Shown here: positions 27,368-40,749 of the stretch, piece after piece
How positions within the stretch are numbered: position 1 is the first letter of the stretch
How the letters are laid out: every line of letters starts with the position of its first letter
Origin: Octopus vulgaris
Taxonomy: Eukaryota
NCBI GenBank assembly: GCA_951406725.2
Contig: OX597825.1
Coordinates: 59,582,001 to 59,646,000 of the forward strand
DNA: 64,000 nucleotides
Direction: 5' to 3'
Position numbers and translations under genes: made by a program
Notes under the pieces: model-generated
The model's input: the letters and a program-made list of their open reading frames with translations, nothing else
What the model was told of the DNA's origin: nothing
Databases searched by the model: none

Positions 27368-28310
27368 GTGTTTCTTTATTATTGTTTTCTGTTATCTTTT
27401 CTCGAACGTTCATTTTTTTCATGTATTTTTTAAAATGTTTTCACTGTTTTCTTCTCTTTAACACTCATGTATGTAAGATAGTCACCGAATTATGATGTGG
27501 GAAATTGTAAAAGAAGGGGACACACACACACAAACACACATGCTCACACACATGCACACACACATGCATGTTCTAAAAAATCTCCACAAAATAGTGAAAA
27601 ACTTTGCCAAAAATAAAAGAGAGAGAGAAAACAACCCTCCCTCTACATAAAAGAAAACAAACGAACCATCACAAAAAAGCACTCCCCTCTAAAAACAAAA
27701 CAAAATATACACATTTCCATTCTGTCCCTGTAAAAACAAAGACAAAACAATAATGATACGAAGAATTTAATGTTTCTTTTCTCCAAGAAACAATAATTCT
27801 GTCTTTTGATTGATGAGTTATTAACACTCATGGTCACATTTTCACAATCTTTCCAAGATTGTAGCTAATACTAAATAACCAAGAATTGAATATATTCCAG
27901 CAACAGGAAAGAAAAAACCCAACAAAAACAGGAAAGAAAAACGAGGGGACTTTTTATTGTACGTTGCCTTCGTACGTTTTGTTTGTTGGTTCTTTTTCTA
28001 TATTCCTGCACTGACGCTCTAATATAACATAGCGCTATCAGGAAAACTTTTGTCAAATGTCTTAGATGCTTGTATCTTTTTTTCTTTTGTAGATTTTACG
28101 GCGAAATTGCTTTAAGCGTTTGTCTCCATCTTTTGCAACCCTAAGAAATCAATCAATGTATGAAAAAATAAAAACTATGTAGTTTAACAAATATTTTATC
28201 TGGTAGCCCATTTTAAACAATTATTTATTCTTTTTTTACGTTTAATTTAATTGATGTTTTTTTAAATCTTAAAATGTTCCTCTGATTTTTTTTTCCTTAT
28301 TTTTTCGCAG

Positions 28311-28429
28311 TACATTCTGGCAGATTCGAACGCGAATATCTGACAACTGAAACACTAACGTCTGAAAACAAGAGCTGTTCTCCAATGACGAAAAGCAACA
28401 GCGATCAGCGTATTCCCGTTCAGATCTGA
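28311..28429 (+). CDS. Candidate terminal coding exon of an unidentified gene (xHSGRFEREYLTTETLTSENKSCSPMTKSNSDQRIPVQI*)
   Basis: Long polypyrimidine tract plus CGCAG acceptor, 38 open codons in phase 1, AATAAA at 28444; no recognisable domain. Confidence 0.25.
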
Positions 28430-28590
28430 CAGAAAGCATTAAGAATAAATAGTTACACTATCATTTGGATTCTCACTGTTCTCCATGCGCATCATAAATT
28501 ATTACCTTATTCTATTTTCCTTTGTTTAGAGTTCTTGAGACATAAATTTGAGTTATGCTTTCACAGCCACCAATTAAAACCTATAATAAT

Positions 28591-29010
28591 AGATATGAAC
28601 TAGAGAGTGAAGTGGAAGAAGGAATATAAACTTGAGATATGCAGAGATATTGCATCTGTAGATCCATTATTTAGGCAGAATGGTATATATATAAGACTCC
28701 AGTATCTTGTGAGTAATTTCCAATAGTATTTAAAATTAGTCATTCTAAGCATATAGTTTGTACACGGTGTTATTGAATCGGGGGTTTAAATACTACTGGA
28801 ACTTACTCACAAGATACTGGAGTCTTATATGTATACCATTCTGCCTAAATGATGGATCTACAGATGCAATGTCCCTGCATATCTCACGTCTATTTTCATT
28901 CCTCCACTTCACTCTCTATTTCATATCTTATCTAGAATTGCTATTACGTAACTATTTTCTCACACCGTCTCCGATGAAGGGATAAAATATCCCGGAAACA
29001 GCTTTAAGAC
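28591..29010 (+). mobile_element. Inverted-repeat element (arms 28591-28733 / 28785-28928) followed by hammerhead-like motif (28967-29010); Penelope-type pLTR remnant
   Basis: About 140-bp inverted arms; GTCT-CCGATGA-A-GGGATA-aaa-TATCCC-G-GAAAC-AGCT-TTA-AGAC. Confidence 0.7.
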
Positions 29011-29238
29011 CTATTTATAAATGTTCGGAAATCTTTCACAGCCTTGGATTTTATATCTCTTTCTGAATTTTTTTTTACATATACACATGCTGATATAAGA
29101 CCTACGTTGGATTCCTCATTTGCATAATCACCGAACCTAGAGCTTAACTATGGTCTGTCCATAGCACCTACTTAGCATTACCTGACACCTTTGGGTCTTA
29201 TTGACACCATTACCTCTCATAACCTCTCTTTCTCTCTC

Positions 29239-29325
<87 letters not shown>

Positions 29326-29327
<2 letters not shown>

Positions 29328-30085
29328 GGCCATTAAGAATGAAATATCTGATTTTGAGCTGAAAGTTTATTTTACTTTATCTCAACAAAAAGGAATGCTG
29401 TTAATCAAAGTATGCGCCTAAATTAGCAACAATTTTTCCATTTCATCGGTAGCTTATTTATGCCGGCAGCGAAGAAGGTGATGAAATCATCATATAATTG
29501 GTTGATGTACATATCCGCTGTAATTGACTTGCCAGCTCTCATAAAGATGTAGTGGATGACACCAGCGCTGGACCACCAAACAGGCACCATTAACTTTTTT
29601 TGATGAATATTTTATTTTGGATTGTGATTTGGCTCTTTGTCTCTATCGAACCATCGTGCAGAACGCTTGCTACCGTAGAAAAGAATCCATTTTTCATCAC
29701 ACGTAACAATACGATGCAAAAATGGTTCGCTTTTATGCTATGACAGCAAAGAACAGCAAGTTTCAAGATGACGTATCATTTAATGCTTGTTCAGTTCGTG
29801 TGGTACCCACTTGTCCACCTTACCGATTTCTTTCAGATGGTACAATACAGATGGAATCGAAACGTCAAACCTTGCTGCTAACTCACGCGTAGTTTGAAAT
29901 GTATCTGCTTCCACTACAGTTTCAAACTCATCATTATCCACCTTGGTTTCAGGTCAACCACGGGGCTCATTTTCAAGAGTAAAGTCACCAGACTAGAACT
30001 TCTCAAGGTATCGACATATAATGCGCTCATTTACTACATCTTCACCAAATATCTCATTGACGTTTCGAATTGTCTGAGAAGATTG
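29326..30085 (-). mobile_element. Mariner transposase pseudogene fragment
   Basis: Minus strand reads ...DFTLENEPRG...TTRELAARFDVS...DKWVPHEL...FLHRIVTCDEKWIL; stops and internal deletion; ends at (TA)n. Confidence 0.9.
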
Positions 30086-31198
30086 ACTTATTTGATATTA
30101 CCTATCCACGCCAAATTAATGGCAAGGATTTTTACCATGTTGTTGGTTACACCATGGCTCACCAAACGTTACAAGCAAAACCCGAAAACCATCAGTTACC
30201 AGGCTCACCTTAAGTAACCTAATTTTACAATATTAGGAGGTCACAGGAATTCATTCAACGAAACAATTCCGGGATTGGGTGGGGGACCCCCACCTCATTT
30301 CTTCCGAACCAAAATAAGTGATTCGCAGCATATTAGGAGGTCAGGGTTCTTGATTCCACGCAAAAAATCAAATTTTTTTCTTAGCGAAAATCGTGCGGGT
30401 GTTAATATAGAAATTGACCATAATATTGATGTTATTTAGCTTCAAGTAAACCCAGATACTGCAAACGTATTATCAAAGACATTCCAGACTTCAGTAAACC
30501 TTCTTTTTAGGGATAATCTAGGACATTACATGCAATGGCGTGTGATTTAGGTAGGAGGATACTTTGGCTGCTATTTTTAGCGGCCCGAAACTTTGGCAGA
30601 AGACACTTGTCCAACTTGCTGCATACGTTTGTGCATGTGTGTTTGTGTGTGTATGTGTGTGTACGTGATCGTGTGTGCATGTATGTGTGTGTATGCACTC
30701 TATTATTTGAAGTACAAAGAAGGCGCAATGAACATCAGAAACTGTTATTAGTTTATTAGCCAGAAACTGACATGAACTTAAAGAAATTCGAATTCTTTTG
30801 TCTTGTATACTTTTGGTCTGTATTGGTTTTTAAATGAACCAGGACGATCTGAGACTGGAAGACCTCTATCGAACATCGATCACAAATATGACGACGAGAA
30901 AACTTTTATACGGCTCCTCAGCCTGCTTGAAAGTAGTAGCTACATCTCCCTAAAGTTAAACTTCACCGTTTTTTAAAAAGAAAATGTCAGTTTAGATAAC
31001 GTCTGAAGTGATATAATGGCTTGGTCATGGTTGGAAAGCCTTTAACCATAGGTCCATTCAACAAGGACTCCCCTACTTCTATACAACATCAAACACAAAT
31101 CTCGACAACTAATGGAATAATCTCCATTAAAGACCAGATTATGCATGGCACCAATTTTATGAATATCTGTATATACACTTTTTACACACACAAACAAT

Positions 31199-31237
<39 letters not shown>

Positions 31238-31242
31238 TAATT

Positions 31243-31370
31243 GCAGCGTGGAAGGTGTTTGTAAGCCATTTAAGAAACACACAAAAGCCATTCGATTCAC
31301 TTCAACATTTAAGTTTAATTTGTCAAAATATTTTCGTCGCTTTAAGACTGCGACCTGTTTACTGACAAAA
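31243..31370 (-). mobile_element. Short repeat with hammerhead-topology motif, G3/C8-swapped core (31319-31369)
   Basis: Reverse complement TTTGTCA-GTAAACA-G-GTCGC-agtcttaaa-GCGAC-GAAA-ATAT-TT-TGACAAA. Confidence 0.45.
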
Positions 31371-31652
31371 AGTCGACCTTGGCGGATTTGAACTCAGAAC
31401 GTAACGGCAGACGAAATACGTATTTCTTTACTAACCACAAGGGTCTAAACACAGAAGGGACAATCAAGGACAGACAAACGGATTAAGTCGATTATATCGA
31501 CCCCAGTGCGTTACTGGTACTTATTTAATCGACCCCATAAGGATGAAAGGCAGAGTCGACCTCGGCGGAATTTGAACTCAGAACGTAGCGGCAGACGAAA
31601 TACCGTTAAAGATTTCGTCCGGCGCGCTAACGATTCTGCCAGCTCATCGCCT
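31371..31652 (-). mobile_element. SINE family A with duplicated body
   Basis: Two GTCGACCT...GAACTCAGAACGTA..GGCAGACGAAATAC modules. Confidence 0.9.
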
Positions 31653-32659
31653 TTGTGTTTCTAAATATTGAATGTGAAATTTAGCACAATCATCCAAAAG
31701 AATTATCTCTTCAGTAAATGGATTGAATGCAATAAAATTTCGCCTTCGTAGTTTAAACATTGATAAACCAGAAAACATTGTCAGTTTGTTTTATTCTTTC
31801 ATAGTTTTGTTTTTGGTGTGTCTGTTTGCTTCAGTCAATTTTACCAGACTTTTATGTACATTTGAGAGATTAGCTGCCAAAACAATATTTAGAGGTCTGT
31901 ACGGCAGAAATTGTGACAATCTTACCACAAAACAAAGTTTAAATCTTGTTCTTGATGTTTCACTAAATTGCTTCATTTGCCAATGTTTTATATCTCAAAA
32001 GCCGCTGTGGTTTCCTTTAATTTTCTTTTCGGCTTTGGAACAATAACATGAAAGATTTAGTTTTTTAAGTTTTATTTTTTTATAATTGCGCTATTTCTTT
32101 TTTCTCTCCGCTACTCTGTTATTCCTTCTCCATCTCCCCTCTTTCAAAATTAACTTTACATTTATATTTCTCAAGATTGCTTTTGTGCAACAAATAAATT
32201 AAAATCTATTGAATATTTTAAGACAATCATTTAAGATATTTTGATAAATGTGTCTGCTGTTTGGGAAACTGTAACACACTGCACCGAATCCCAACGTATT
32301 ATCTTTTATAATTATTTATCTTTCAAAAATTTTCCAAAATGTGGACATACTTTTAAAAATTTCTCTTTTACTGATTGCGACTGTCTGATGTACTATTGAT
32401 TTCCACATTAGCAGAATGAATTTAACTAAAGCATTTGAGAATACACACACACACACACACATATATATAGTGTGTGTGTATGCATATATGTATTTATCTA
32501 TCTATTTATTTACTTCCCTTTCCGTCTTCCTCCCTCCTTCCATCTGTCTGTCTGTCCGTCTCTCTCTCTCTCTCTCTCTCTCTCGGTCTCTCTCTCTCTC
32601 TCTCGGTCTCTCTCTCTCTATATATATATCTATATATATATATATATATATATACATAC

Positions 32660-32707
<48 letters not shown>

Positions 32708-32723
32708 AGAGAGAGAGAGAGAC

Positions 32724-32761
<38 letters not shown>

Positions 32762-33221
32762 ATGTATATATATATTTACATATATTCATATTGCAAAACA
32801 AATACATATTATATACACCATTAAAAATATACGGCAAAATCTTATGATAAAAACTTGCTTTTAAATTAGGAGCACAGACACAGTTGTGAGGTTAAAAAGT
32901 TTTCTTCTTTCCAGTTACGGAAATTAAGGTTCGATTCTGTGCGGGGCCACGATATTTCTGGTTCGATTAACTGCAAGTGTTTAACCATAAGTTGTGGTTA
33001 ACGAATGCATTTGTGAAAAGAATTTTTGTTGACTGTGACCCCTTCTCTCTCTCCCACTCTATCTGATATATTTTATGTTCAGACATAAAATTAAAGCACA
33101 TTTGAAATATAAATACTCTTTACTCTCTCTTCAAACATCTTAAGTGATGTAAAACTGAGTCAAATAGTTATTAAATTCATTTGAGTCCAGCGAAATATGT
33201 TATTGCTTATATTCTTACTTT

Positions 33222-33521
33222 TATTCTTTTACTCGTTTCAGTCATTTGACTGCTACCAAGCTTGAACAATTTTTAGTTGAAGAAATCGAATCCAGGACTT
33301 ATTATTTGTAAATACTTGTGTCGTCCGTGATGGTGGAGGGACAGACAGACACAATGATATGTGTATGCGTGTGTGTGCAACGGGCCTCTTTCAGTTTCCG
33401 TCTATCAAATCCACTCACAAGGCTATAGCAGAAGACACTTGCCCAAAGTGCCACGCAGTGGGACTGGACCCAAAACCATGTGGTTGGAAAGGAAGCTTCT
33501 TAATATACAGTCACGCCTGCG

Positions 33522-33524
<3 letters not shown>
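33222..33524 (-). mobile_element. SINE family B (internally deleted)
   Basis: GAAGACACTTGCCCAA...GCAGTGGGACTG...CACGCCTGCGCC. Confidence 0.85.
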
Positions 33525-33559
<35 letters not shown>

Positions 33560-33576
<17 letters not shown>

Positions 33577-33742
33577 CAGGATGTCTGTCTGTGTGTTTGT
33601 CATGCCTTAAAGTTCGAGATCCACCAAGCCGATTTTAATGAAATTTTATACATGCTTTACACAGGGTCCATGGAGTGTCATGGGTCAAAAGGAGTTTCAC
33701 CTTCTTGCCTAATGCGGCCCAGGGGCAGATAAACCGCATTTT
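33560..33742 (+). mobile_element. Probable Helitron-like 5' segment
   Basis: (TA)n-ATTAAAA...GTCTGTCTGTGTG...CCGATTTTAATGAAATTTT. Confidence 0.4.
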
Positions 33743-34803
33743 AAAAGTATTTTAAGAAATTCTAAGAAATTCTATTGTATTCTATATAACTATTGATTGT
33801 TAAATTTGAATCTATAATTATTTTAGTTGTTGATGATAATTTAGATATGTATATTTATTTAATTATTAGTATATAATTATTATAACTGTACGTAAATTGT
33901 AAGATATTAGTTAGTCACGTAAAATAGTCACACGGTTTCCTTAAGATAGTTTATACGTTTTTAATTTGATTTTTAGCTTTTTAATTTTTAATTTATAAAT
34001 TGTATTTCATAAATATATTCTATAGATTTTTATAATAGTCATGTAAATAATAATGGACTAATTTATTTATTTTTGGTTATATGTCTATATATTTATTGAT
34101 AGAGAAAATGTTAGGGTTTTAATTACAATATTTGTTGATTATAATTTAGATACTAATTTTTATGTATTTATTATTTTATAATTATTAGATGTGAACTTAA
34201 ATCTAAAAATATTAATAGTGATTATTTTGTTAAATAATTTGGTAATTAAATATTGGAGTATAACTGAGTTAAAGATATTCGAGAGATTATTATGTTTTTT
34301 AAAGCCACATTATATCTTCAAAGATAAATACATATTTCTATCTATTTTTTTATCTTAGAAATTAAATATTTAACATAAATGTGTTGTAGGAAATAATTCT
34401 AATGTTTTAAGTTTCTAATTTAGTTAATGGAGTTTTTTCTATAAGAAAAAATATTATTTTATTTATTTCTTAAATAAGTATTGTTTAACTCTATTTGCTT
34501 ATTTATTTAACTATTATCATTAACCTGAAGATTGACTATAATTTTAAATTGAATTTATTTCAATTGAATTTAAACTTAATTGTAATTCGAATTTAATTGT
34601 AGCCATGTAACGTGCGTAGTGTTTTCCTTATTATATTATATATTTATCATTCACTTTTACTTTTTGATATCTAGTTATAAGTTGTATGTTTTATAAAAAG
34701 TATATATATATTATTTGTTATTTATGTATTGGTTTATGTCTAACACTGTTTGAGTTGCATAATAGTTGTTTTATTTCTATTTTATACACACACACACACA
34801 CAC

Positions 34804-34889
<86 letters not shown>

Positions 34890-34892
<3 letters not shown>

Positions 34893-35667
34893 TACCTAAC
34901 AAAATCAGAAACCTGGGTGTAATTGTTGATGACGATCTCAGTTGGAGTGCATACATCAACAAGAAGGTCGATATAGCTCGTAGGATGAGTTCCTGGGTCT
35001 TAAGAACTTTCCGGTCCAGAGAAAAAGGTGTCATCATACCACTTTTCTCCTCCTTCGTACGGCCACACCTCGAATACTGCTGCCCACTGTGGTCTCCCCA
35101 TACAAGACAAAACATCTCGAGGATTGAATCACCCCAGAGGGCATGCACTAAACGAATTGAAGGCATGACTGCTCTCGATTATTGGGATCGCCTTAAAGCC
35201 TTGAAACTCTACTCTCTTCAGCGTCGCCGTGAGCGGTACATCATTTGTATGATGTGGAGAATATACCGCCAACTTTGCCCAAACGACCTGAACATTAGCT
35301 TCAAGGTTCATCCAAGACTGGGACCACGGGCCATACGTCTCCTGCCCAATTCAAGATCACAGCATACATGTACACTGCAACATAATTTCTTTTCCTCAAC
35401 AGGCCCTGCCCTATTTAACATTGTCCCGAAATAGATCAAAGAGGTAAAGGATCCCATCAACTTTAAATGGAGTCTGGAAAGATTCCTTGAAGGAATACCA
35501 AATAAGCCACCCATAATTGAATACAACTCACCCAACAAAAACTCACTAATTGAATGGACCATTAACAAAACTTAACTTAAACAGGATTCGAATAATCCTA
35601 TCAGGTGGTGCTATTAAGTTAGACATGGCCTGGACCAATCTTTGGTCGAAACATATGTAAGTTTATC

Positions 35668-35670
<3 letters not shown>
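34890..35670 (+). mobile_element. 5'-truncated CR1-clade LINE (RT C-terminus plus 3' UTR) inside a (TA)n tract
   Basis: RNLGVIVDDDLSW...FVRPHLEYCCPLWSP...RIESPQRACTKRI...YWDRLKALKLYSLQRRRER; one premature stop near 35432; (TA)n on both sides. Confidence 0.92.
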
Positions 35671-35756
<86 letters not shown>

Positions 35757-35807
35757 ATATATATATATATGTATGTTTATATATATATATATTTATTTAT
35801 ATATATA

Positions 35808-36626
35808 CGTGGTCTGATCAATAAGCATCTGGATTGTTGTTATAATAGCGAAGCTAAAGCACGGAGAGTAAATCCGTTTGCACAGATTGACCTTGAACTC
35901 TGCTGTGTATGCGCACTTAACTTTTAACGTTCTACCTCACTTCCGCTGTTTATAGCAGTGCTTGAAAGGAAGCGTATGATCATCACACTGACCATGACAG
36001 AGAGAGTTCAGCAGAGAATCTGCATCAAAATTTTGCCAATCGCTTGCCGATACCAGCTCAGAGGCCTCTGCAAAGTTTTCACGACGTTTCCGTCATTCAC
36101 GACACAGCCAAGGAGATATTGTGCAACTGAAACCAGAGTGTTATTTTGGTCAGCTGAAAGCAGTTTTTGCACAATCTTGGCAAACACGCGTCTCATACTC
36201 AAAACGTCAGTGATAACTCACGGATGGTGATTCGACGGTTTTTTCTCTCAGCTGCACGCATATCTACGATGTTTTTCTCAGTTCTGCTGGCTGCAGTTCT
36301 CCCAGAACGTTCGTCAATATTGATATTTTATCAACCATCTTGGAAGCGCCGGAACCACTCGTACTCTTGCGTGCAGCTCATACACATTCTGCAACTTTGA
36401 ATAGGCCTCTGAGCAAGTATCGCCATGACAACTTTCTCTGCCATGGTCAATGCGACGATCACACGCTACACACCTTCCTTCCAAGACTGGTGTAAACAGC
36501 GTAAGTGAGCTAGAAGGTTACGACATAGTGCGCATGCCCAGCAGAGATCTGTGCCAAACGGCTTTACTCGGCGTCCTTTAGGTTCGTTACTATGTCAACA
36601 GTCCTGATACTTATTGATCAGACCTC

Positions 36627-36627
<1 letters not shown>
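35808..36627. mobile_element. Foldback non-autonomous mariner derivative made of two opposed 5' ends
   Basis: TA|CGTGGTCTGATCAATAAG ... CTTATTGATCAGACCTCG|TA; about 270-bp inverted arms; minus strand encodes EWFRRF...RRITIREL...MRRVFAKIVQKLL. Confidence 0.85.
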
Positions 36628-36668
<41 letters not shown>

Positions 36669-36744
36669 CCGTTACTAATACATTTGTTTTCCACACCACC
36701 TATCTTCGTCTTTTGTTTTTATCATGAATTCTCGCTATATATAT

Positions 36745-36806
<62 letters not shown>

Positions 36807-38278
36807 ATAATACTAATATTAAGGCGCATACATACCAATCTTGACTGCTACACGTAAACTAATTATTATAAATTAATTATTTAGTCTGATGTGAATTGTA
36901 GCCAAACATGTCCATTAGATATAATGCTTTAGCTCATTCACTGCTACTCGAAAATAGTAATGTCTTCTTAAGATCTAAAATTTACAAAATGATGTTTTCT
37001 TTTTCCTGACTCTAAAACTAGGAAAATAAATTATCTGATTAGTTAAGAACATAGGAAGTCCTAATTTCATCTTCTGGTCTATGCAATTTTATTTCAGGAG
37101 ATAATTGCGTTGCACGGTTGTATTGTTACTTACTATTATTAAACACTCGACCATAAAAGAAGATTCGAACCTGCTGACATCTAAGTAGTCATATTCAATC
37201 AGATATATGTTATGACAAGGAGAAAAAAACAACGACCTTGTGTTCAGTCTGTTACCTTCTTACCAGGAACAGACAGTTAATTTATAAATATCTGAAATTT
37301 GTTTAAAAAAAGTGTATTCATAGTAAACCGTAATTTGTACGAAAATATTCGTGAAATTTTAGTAACATATCCGAATTTTCTTTGCACCTTTTTTGATAAA
37401 AATTATCACTAGTTTTCTCAAATTCTTGTGAATATATTTATAAAAGGATACAAGTTATACTAAAATTTCACGCAGAATTTAACATGTGAAAGCTAACATC
37501 AAACTACAAAACTATTTGTCTTCATTTTTATTTCAACTCTGTCAAAATTTAAATAAAAATGAAAGAACCTTAAAACATTGGATACAACATGTATTTTATG
37601 TTTTAAAATTCTTTGGTTAAAACAGAGTTATGGCAACAGAGCTTGAGAACTATCCGTTTCACTGTTTTACTCACTGAATATTGATTTAAGAACCGTGTCA
37701 GGAAACCGATGCTAGCTAAAATCTAGGCTAAAAAACAGCGTTGCTAATTACAGGAATTTTAGATTAGATAAAATTTCTCTAAAAATATGTTGAAATGTAG
37801 CAATAAATTATAATGTTTGAGGGTAAAAACACGCAGAAATTCAAATTCAGTTAGAAGAATAAAAACAAAAATGATAAATAAGAAAAGAAAAAGTTTGTAA
37901 ATTTTATTAGAAGTCTGCAGAAACGTAAAATATTCCAGGTTAATTGCCAGATAAGATTTCGGTAACTCAATAGCAGTCAATTTATTAATTCCAATTGAGA
38001 GTCTACCAGTGAAAGAAATCAACCAATCTGAAAGGAAGGAAGTAAACATTTAAAGAAAGAAATAGAAGATTAAAGTAATCAATAGCAAAAATATGTAAAA
38101 AAAAAAAGAAAAACCCTAGTCACTTTTTCTATTTCAGAAATAGAGCACCAAAGAATTTTTTCTACAGCAATGAAAGCATGGCACCGATTCTCAAAATTTT
38201 ATGTTTTATTTGGCATTTTAGCTTATTAAATGATAGAAATTTCTTTGATCTGGCATAAGTCCAATTTTATGGGGAGTG

Positions 38279-38472
<194 letters not shown>

Positions 38473-39419
38473 TCGACTCTATATCAAATCTTTTTACACT
38501 TTTACTCAATCATGTGCAATGGTTGTATTATTTCTCAGATCATCCAAACAAGAGAAATCCAATAATGGGTAAACTAGCAGACAAATAATAGCTTTGACTG
38601 TTCTATAATCTCAGAACGTTAATGCCAAACTATGTCCCATTTCACTTTAGTCTTTCTGGTTATGTTAAATGCAACACGCAGACGATTAAATCATTTTCAT
38701 TAAGTGTACGTGATATTTTGAGCACTTTAATAAATTTTCTGATAATTGTATCACGGTATCAGGTATTGCCGAAGTATTTTCTTACGTTTCCATTCACGTG
38801 GATTGTAGATATTATGATAAGATTACTCGATTATTTTTGTATTCCAGCTTCGACCGAAAGATCCCTTCTGATATCAGGTGGAACAATATCAGCCAACAAG
38901 TGAAGCTCATTAAAGACTGCAAATGGAGTCCAGAAATCATAGATGCAAGGATCTATTCCATACTGGGCACAATGGATACTCTGTAGCAATGGATATTCTG
39001 CTTATAGTCAGAATGTAATTAAGGTCTTGTACTCTTCTAGAATGTCGTTAGATTTTGCAGAATATTATTCATGAATTCACATCAGTCCTTAGATTTTCGA
39101 AACATTTCCCCCAAATTACTCTATGCTCTAATTAAATGAATAAAGACTGACTATAGCAACACATGCTTACAAAATACAGACATATTTAGTCTTAATAGAC
39201 ACATATGCAATCAATGACATCATTAATCTTCCAGAACTTCTTCCCTTCAGAAATACAAACAAAAATAAAAATAAATACAAAATTGTTTAAAAAATAATGT
39301 CTCACGTTTTATTTCTCAGTTAAGCATCATCTTTATCGATAGTGTGTAGCCTAAATGAATAAGTGAATAGAGATACTCCCAAACGTGAGATGTGTATAAT
39401 CAACTGTTGTTTCATACAT

Positions 39420-39790
39420 CATTCTGTGATGTACCTTGGCACATCAGCAGTGATATTTCCTGGTGGTTCATCATTAACAATATTTCGGATATTTCTACAA
39501 GCAGACACCCTCAACCAGGCAGCTGAATCAGGGTTGACCAAGCCCTGGCTTGTGCTCTGTTAGAAATACTCCTGACACCACTGCCCTGTCCAGAACTCAC
39601 ACCAACTGATCTCCAACAATGCAACCTCTGCTACCTCCATAGCCAACTTAATGGCCTTTCATGCCATTAATAACCTTTGATGCCCAATATATTACAAGCT
39701 CTACTGAAGGAGTGCCTTGCAAACAGCATTCATCCAAGCTCGAACGGATTCCATCTAGCTTGCTACGGCTGGACATTTAGTTCTCTTTGC
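39420..39790 (-). mobile_element. 3' fragment of an RLE-type non-LTR retrotransposon (HERO-like)
   Basis: Minus strand ARWNPFELG..FARHSFSRACNILGIKG...KAIKLAMEVAEVA, then CACAAGCCAGGG...GAGGGTGTCTG...ATCACTGCTGATGTG 3' region; recognised from memory of HERO C-termini. Confidence 0.55.
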
Positions 39791-40117
39791 AATCAAGAAG
39801 TCACTTTCGGCAAATGTTACCAGTGCCTTGGAATAACTAAGACTTTAGGAATAAGTCTGGGATATGGAAACTCTTTGAAAGTATATCGAAAGGTCTATAT
39901 TCTACTAGTTTCACTATCATTGTCATACACATAATACCTACCGTTTCTTTTTGTGAATTACATTAAGGACAAAATATCTGTAGGCTGCTCAGCCACTTAT
40001 ATCATGCTTGAGTGAGTGTGGGGTTTAGTCGATCTAACAACCGACATACTCTAATACTCCTCGTTGAAATAAACAGATGATACACTTATTCTCAAGAATT
40101 TATAAAATGTAAATACG

Positions 40118-40390
40118 GTAAAGACCCCCTTCGGTTATGAATGACCATGAGATTGGACCTAGAAAGTTCTCTTTCCGAGACACAAGACCGGGCAAGGTTG
40201 TTTATGGAAACCAGCTGTCGCCCATGCTTACCAGCCTCCCCTCTCTATGCCACCGATGATATCCAAGGGAAATCGAAGGCCAATAAAGTGCGTTGCTCAA
40301 GAATGCAACACACAACCCGGACCAGAAATCGAACTCATTACCTACCTCATGATCGTCAACTCAATGCTCTAACCAATGAACCATGCAGCT
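40118..40390 (-). mobile_element. SINE family D
   Basis: AAAGACCCCCTTCGGTTATGAATGACC...AATCGAACTC...GCTCTAACCA. Confidence 0.85.
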
Positions 40391-40405
40391 TCTATTCATG
40401 CAATA

Positions 40406-40507
<102 letters not shown>

Positions 40508-40749
40508 ATAGATTCTCTCGCTCATATTTTCATTCACGTACCCATAAATATAAATACAGAATTTGAAAACTAAGAGACAGGCGTGGAATAGAATGGGTGT
40601 GTCATTGATGAAGTCACGGGTGGTAACGAAAGGAATCTTACTAACCTACCTGATTACTTTATTGTGTTAACAATAATTCAAATAATCGATTAGTCAACTG
40701 GTTACGTTATTAATTAGTGACTAATAACCCTGTCTAATTTTTGGAATCA

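Noticed and set aside
35625-35665. Hammerhead-like GACCA/TGGTC-GAAAC-ATAT-GTA at the CR1 3' end
   Set aside because: No CUGANGA-like core or stem I upstream; better explained as the LINE 3' recognition stem-loop.
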